A program made the position numbers and the translations under genes. Shown piece by piece: positions 15,684-19,038 of a stretch of DNA of 19,038 nucleotides (position 1 is the first letter of the stretch; each line of letters begins with the position of its first letter). The notes under the pieces are model-generated. The model ran no database searches. It saw nothing but the letters and a program-made list of their open reading frames with translations, and was not told the origin of the DNA. The DNA comes from Candidatus Rifleibacteriota bacterium (GTDB lineage Bacteria > Muiribacteriota > Ozemobacteria > Ozemobacterales > Ozemobacteraceae): contig JBNJGH010000066.1 in the NCBI GenBank assembly GCA_051747585.1, forward strand, positions 1 to 19,038, in the 5' to 3' direction.

Positions 15684-17069
15684 TTATGCGGCCTTCTTCT
15701 TCATCAAATAAAGAATTCTTTCTGAATCCGGGATTGTTTTTCGAGATACTATTTCAAAATTTTCACAAAAAACTTTTTCGAAATTCTCAGGATTGTAATT
15801 CCCAAAAATATCTTCGCGACTCTGCAATAGTATTTTCACCTGCGAATCGCATTTAGGGATAAATTCAATAATAAGATTGTGGCAAATATCTCGAAAAAAA
15901 TCTGCCAGCTCATGCAAAGGTACATTGTTGCTGATAGCCAGATGATGAATCAGAGCGAGAGCCATTACAGTATCGGCCGGGCCTCTTTGAATAAAAGACT
16001 GTCGCTCGATGTTTCTCCACCCTATGGCCGGCGCAGGGTTTGCAAGGTCTAACAGCAGTGGAACAATAAACTGGTCGTTTTCTTTTTTGCTTATTAGATA
16101 ATTGCTTTCGATAGCATTCTCGTCAATGTCGAAAGAAACAACAGGAATCTGTAATTTAGAAGCTAACCGGCTGTAGAAACCATTGTTCGCACCGAGATCC
16201 CATAGATTGGCAGGTTTTATTGTTTCGATGAATTCTCTGATTATTGCAATTTTGCCTTCGTTTGCCTTATCTGTATAGTTTGTAAAAGAATAATAGCCTT
16301 GCCATTCACTTGATTGATCAGCGGGAGTAAGGCTTTTTATGCCGGATTCGAGGCTGTCAATCAGTCCCATTAAAGAGTTAGAAGACATTTGTGCCTGACT
16401 TTGTTTCTCCTGTAAATTTGTTTTGGCATAGTAGTTCTGGCTGCGGGCGTGCATTATAACATGCAGCAGAATCGAAAGCTTCAAGCAGGCCTTGAAAGGA
16501 AGAAGTTTGGCGGCAAGATCAAGGGGAACACCGTCGATATAACTTTTAAGCAATTGATTCAGCCGAAGATCGGTATACGACATAAGAGCAAGGGGAGCGA
16601 GAAAATGCTGGCAAAATTGACGGTAAGCTATCCAGGGACTGCCTTTGCTATAAGGTTCAAATGAAAGACTATCAATTAATAAAGGGTTGTTGCCTTTAAA
16701 TTGAATATTGTAAGCACTTGCATCTCTAAGAATCATGCCGTGGTTCAGAGCAGTCTTTTGAATTGCCAGTGTTGCCAGGGCGGCATCTTTAAGCTGGCTG
16801 AAACTCCACTCATAGGGATATGAGATAAAATTGAGTTTTTCTGGCTTAATTACTTTCCAGCCATTTTCTTTTTCAGCCAGGGGCTGGTCAGTTCCTTCAT
16901 GTCTGATAATAAGATTTTTCTGCTCAAGCTTTTCATAAAGGCCTGATTCTATAAAGGTTTCAAAATTGTTGCGCCCGCTCTTATTTATCTGCCGGTAAAT
17001 TTCATTATTACGAACAAAAATAAAACCGTCGGGATCTCTGAAAGATGCTTTATGCCTAATGCTGCTCAT
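15684..17069 (-). CDS. NoeA-like protein: N-terminal kinase-like region plus C-terminal class I SAM-dependent methyltransferase
   Basis: The N-terminal 'SFRDPDGF', 'ISYPYEWSFSQLKDAAL.TL', 'WIAYRQFCQHFLAPL' are motifs I recall from NoeA-like proteins. The C-terminal half has motif I 'WDLGANNG.YS', acidic 'SFDID' and 'ALALIHHL'. Confidence 0.8.
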   Translation of the reverse strand: MSSIRHKASFRDPDGFIFVRNNEIYRQINKSGRNNFETFIESGLYEKLEQKNLIIRHEGTDQPLAEKENGWKVIKPEKLNFISYPYEWSFSQLKDAALATLAIQKTALNHGMILRDASAYNIQFKGNNPLLIDSLSFEPYSKGSPWIAYRQFCQHFLAPLALMSYTDLRLNQLLKSYIDGVPLDLAAKLLPFKACLKLSILLHVIMHARSQNYYAKTNLQEKQSQAQMSSNSLMGLIDSLESGIKSLTPADQSSEWQGYYSFTNYTDKANEGKIAIIREFIETIKPANLWDLGANNGFYSRLASKLQIPVVSFDIDENAIESNYLISKKENDQFIVPLLLDLANPAPAIGWRNIERQSFIQRGPADTVMALALIHHLAISNNVPLHELADFFRDICHNLIIEFIPKCDSQVKILLQSREDIFGNYNPENFEKVFCENFEIVSRKTIPDSERILYLMKKKAA

Positions 17070-17334
17070 TGTTTGTATCTTGAATTTTGTTCTTTGCCGT
17101 TTCGTCTTCGTTTAAGTCAGTTTTGTTTTCTTCCAAGGTTTCTTCTTCAGGCTTTTTGCCGCTAAACCAGCTTCTTATTTTCTGCCAGTAGGTTTTAATA
17201 ATAAAAATTCCCCCGACAAGGGCTGAAATTAAAAGTTGAAAAATAAAAGAGCCGGTGCCCGGGTCTATATAGGCCTGGGCAGGCGGAGAGACAAAAAAGA
17301 AATAGATGGAAAAAATAATTAGGTTAGTTTTCAT
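17056..17334 (-). CDS. Small membrane protein: signal peptide (AQA), YIDPGTGS motif, one TM helix, charged tail
   Basis: MKTNLIIFSIYFFFVSPPAQA|YIDPGTGSFIFQLLISALVGGIFIIKTYWQKIRSWF. AGGA RBS upstream; 14-nt overlap with the downstream gene. Confidence 0.8.
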   Translation of the reverse strand: MKTNLIIFSIYFFFVSPPAQAYIDPGTGSFIFQLLISALVGGIFIIKTYWQKIRSWFSGKKPEEETLEENKTDLNEDETAKNKIQDTNNEQH

Positions 17335-17507
17335 TGCTACGATCCTGTTTAGTTGTAAATGATTATAACTTTTCTTTGCAAAAAAATCATCGTGAATAAA
17401 CTAATTTCTTTATAATTTGTATAAATTTTAACACAAATTTAATCTTTCTCGTCGTTTTTACCGATTATATGTACAGAATAATTGAAAATTGAATGCCGGA
17501 GTAAATT

Positions 17508-17720
17508 ATGATTGATATGAAAAAATGGCTAACCGAACAAAATTCGGTTAAAGATTATGATGATCCTGATATAGACCCGGATAAAGTTGTCTCAAGGCAC
17601 AAGAAGGCCGTAGCGGGTGCCAGAGATGTGCTGCGTGATCATTTGAAAATACAGCTAAATAAGGCTTTTGAAAAATTTTATATTGAGGAACATCCCGAAG
17701 AAAAAAAATTAATTTCTTAA
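17508..17720 (+). CDS. Hypothetical protein (70 aa)
   Basis: GGAG 6 nt upstream of the ATG; soluble-protein-like composition; fills an otherwise empty interval. No family recognised. Confidence 0.6.
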   Translation: MIDMKKWLTEQNSVKDYDDPDIDPDKVVSRHKKAVAGARDVLRDHLKIQLNKAFEKFYIEEHPEEKKLIS

Positions 17721-17757
17721 AATGCTTTGCTTTAAGCTTTAAAAAATGAAACGCGCT

Positions 17758-17777
17758 GTGCACCGTGCATTATGCAC
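17758..17777. repeat. Three tandem RTGCAY hexamers at 7-bp period (possible operator)
   Basis: GTGCAC-c-GTGCAT-t-ATGCAC at 17758-17763, 17765-17770, 17772-17777. Confidence 0.45.
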
Positions 17778-17871
17778 AAGAAAAGATCAGTTTTTAACTT
17801 TAAGAAAGCGAAAGAAAGAATTATAAATTAAAGAACCCACTGCTGGTGCAGCTTAAAAAATGTTGAGTGAT

Positions 17872-17900
17872 TTGATTTACGTATGTGCATTTTTTATAAT
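17872..17900 (+). promoter_or_regulatory. Sigma70-type promoter for the 96-aa ORF
   Basis: TTGATT (17872-17877), 17 nt, TATAAT (17895-17900). Confidence 0.6.
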
Positions 17901-17938
17901 TTCAAATCTGGTAAATACAAAATAATAAAGAGGTAAAA

Positions 17939-18229
17939 ATGTCTGAATCCGTCGCCGTGCAAACTTTAAATCCTGTAATTAACGAAGAATTATCAAACAC
18001 TGAAGTAGAAGAAAATCATGAAAATATTGTGAAGGTTGTGCACCCTGATCCCGCTGCCCCCCCCACAGTAGCAATGCTTATGCAAATGTATGCTACACAA
18101 GAGAGAGAATGCTGGCTTTGTGAAGGAATCGCAAAAAAAATAGCCGAAAACAAAGAAATTTCTGAAGATGACAGCTGGCATTTTACATCATGTGTTTTAA
18201 GCTGGGAACACCTTCACCGACAGAAATAA
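17939..18229 (+). CDS. Hypothetical protein (96 aa), possible metal-binding (CxxC ... HxxxC ... HxH)
   Basis: GAGGT RBS, own promoter and downstream terminator; 'ECWLCE', 'WHFTSC', 'WEHLH'. Confidence 0.7.
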   Translation: MSESVAVQTLNPVINEELSNTEVEENHENIVKVVHPDPAAPPTVAMLMQMYATQERECWLCEGIAKKIAENKEISEDDSWHFTSCVLSWEHLHRQK

Positions 18230-18255
18230 TACTTTTTTTTATCTCGAATCATATG

Positions 18256-18292
18256 AAAGGCCGCTTAATTTAGATAGCGGTTTTTTATTTTT
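18256..18292 (+). terminator. Rho-independent terminator
   Basis: Stem aaaGGCCGCT (18256-18265) / AGCGGTTttt (18276-18285) with G:U pairs, followed by a T-rich tract, about 27 nt after the stop codon at 18229. Confidence 0.7.
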
Positions 18293-18362
18293 ACTAACTT
18301 TTTTTTAGAAACTTACCGATTTGTTTGGAAGCACTGAATTGTATTTTCTCAGGAGGTTCCCG

Positions 18363-19038
18363 TTGAAAAAGATTTTGTGGCTTCTTACAGTCATGGCCGT
18401 ATCTGGCTCTTTGCCGATGTATGGAGCTATTTATTCTTATCGCGATGAGCACGGAAAACTTTATTTAACCGATAATCCTCCTAATAAAAAATATAAAATT
18501 GTTGCTACCACCAGAAAAGATCGTGAGGGACCGAATTCACCGAGTCCCGACTCTTCTTTTGCACCCCATACATCTTATAAAAATAAAAAAATTCTTTTAC
18601 CTAACGATGATGTCTATTCGTCATTTATTAACGAAGCAGCATCCAAATACAGTCTCGATCCTTTTCTTATCAAGTCGGTCATTAAAGCTGAGTCAGATTT
18701 TGACCCCTATGCCAGATCAAACAAAGGAGCACAGGGCTTGATGCAGCTAATGCCTTCTACTGCGGAACTTGTCGGTTGTAGCAATGCTTTTAATCCAAGG
18801 CAGAATATAATGGGGGGCAGTGCTTACCTGAGAAGAATGCTCAAAAGGTTTGATGGAAAAATTGAATTTGCTCTGGCTGCCTATAACGCGGGGCCTGGCA
18901 ATGTTGACAAATATGGGGGGATTCCTCCGTTCAGAGAAACAAAAAACTATGTAAAAAAAGTTAAGCATTATTACGGTCATTATGCTTCGTTAGCTGGAAG
19001 TAATAACAAAAAAATTGTCATGAAGAAGCAGAGGGTGG
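18363..19038 (+). CDS. Lytic transglycosylase (SLT domain) with signal peptide and DUF4124-like N-terminal domain; 3'-truncated
   Basis: Not in the ORF track because there is no stop in the window. AGGAGG at 18351-18356, TTG at 18363. My translation is MKKILWLLTVMAVSGSLPMYGAIYSYRDEHGKLYLTDNP...VIKAESDFDPYARSNKGAQGLMQLMP...ALAAYNAGPGNV.KYGGIPPFRETKNYV, containing the catalytic ES, GLMQ and AYNAG motifs. Confidence 0.93.
   Translation, partial: MKKILWLLTVMAVSGSLPMYGAIYSYRDEHGKLYLTDNPPNKKYKIVATTRKDREGPNSPSPDSSFAPHTSYKNKKILLPNDDVYSSFINEAASKYSLDPFLIKSVIKAESDFDPYARSNKGAQGLMQLMPSTAELVGCSNAFNPRQNIMGGSAYLRRMLKRFDGKIEFALAAYNAGPGNVDKYGGIPPFRETKNYVKKVKHYYGHYASLAGSNNKKIVMKKQRV

Noticed and set aside
14134..17069. 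Interpreting the module as Nod-factor (nodulation) genes or as a true sulfatase
   Set aside because: There are no nodABC or other symbiosis genes in the window, and NoeA-like similarity alone does not imply nodulation. The AlkP-like protein lacks the CxPxR motif.
17746..17826. 26-codon ORF MKRAVHRALCTRKDQFLTLRKRKKEL in the intergenic region
   Set aside because: It has no RBS and overlaps the putative operator repeats. An ORF of this length is expected by chance.
880..18980. Remaining short antisense or alternate-frame ORFs in the track (e.g. 2303-2635, 5818-6390, 8714-9079, 11339-11656, 15572-15856, 18499-18741)
   Set aside because: They lie within or across confidently assigned genes and show no recognisable motifs.
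1..19038. CRISPR arrays, tRNA/rRNA, IS elements, prophage or defence genes, known riboswitches
   Set aside because: I found no regularly spaced repeats, cloverleaf-like sequences, transposase/integrase motifs or terminal inverted repeats. Intergenic gaps are at most about 220 bp and match no riboswitch I recognise. An Rfam scan would be needed to be certain.

Overview
A bacterial (Gram-negative-type) chromosomal window, moderately AT-rich, with no rRNA, tRNA, CRISPR array or mobile element that I can recognise. The left part (1-11672, + strand) has the 3' end of holB and a PSP1/YaaT(RicT) gene. These are followed by a tightly coupled late lipid A/Kdo operon: lpxI, a GnnA-like Gfo/Idh/MocA dehydrogenase, an ICMT-family (LmtA-like) membrane methyltransferase, lpxB, msbA, a DUF374 (LpxJ-like) acyltransferase, a second divergent lpxB, an LpxL-family acyltransferase and waaA, then a half-size TauE gene. 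The middle has a VOC-like gene (-) and ilvE-cysQ (+). The right part has a three-gene minus-strand module: a small signal-peptide/TM 'YIDPGTGS' protein, a NoeA-like protein with a kinase-like N-terminal half and a SAM-methyltransferase C-terminal half, and a membrane-anchored alkaline-phosphatase-superfamily enzyme with a Thr-type active site. It ends with two small orphan ORFs and a lytic transglycosylase that runs off the right edge and is absent from the ORF track. The two most interesting candidates are (i) the dual-LpxB lipid A operon with built-in amino-sugar and methylation enzymes and (ii) the kinase-methyltransferase/phosphotransferase/small-protein module, a possible uncharacterised envelope-decoration pathway. 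All family calls come from motif recognition by eye, not database searches.
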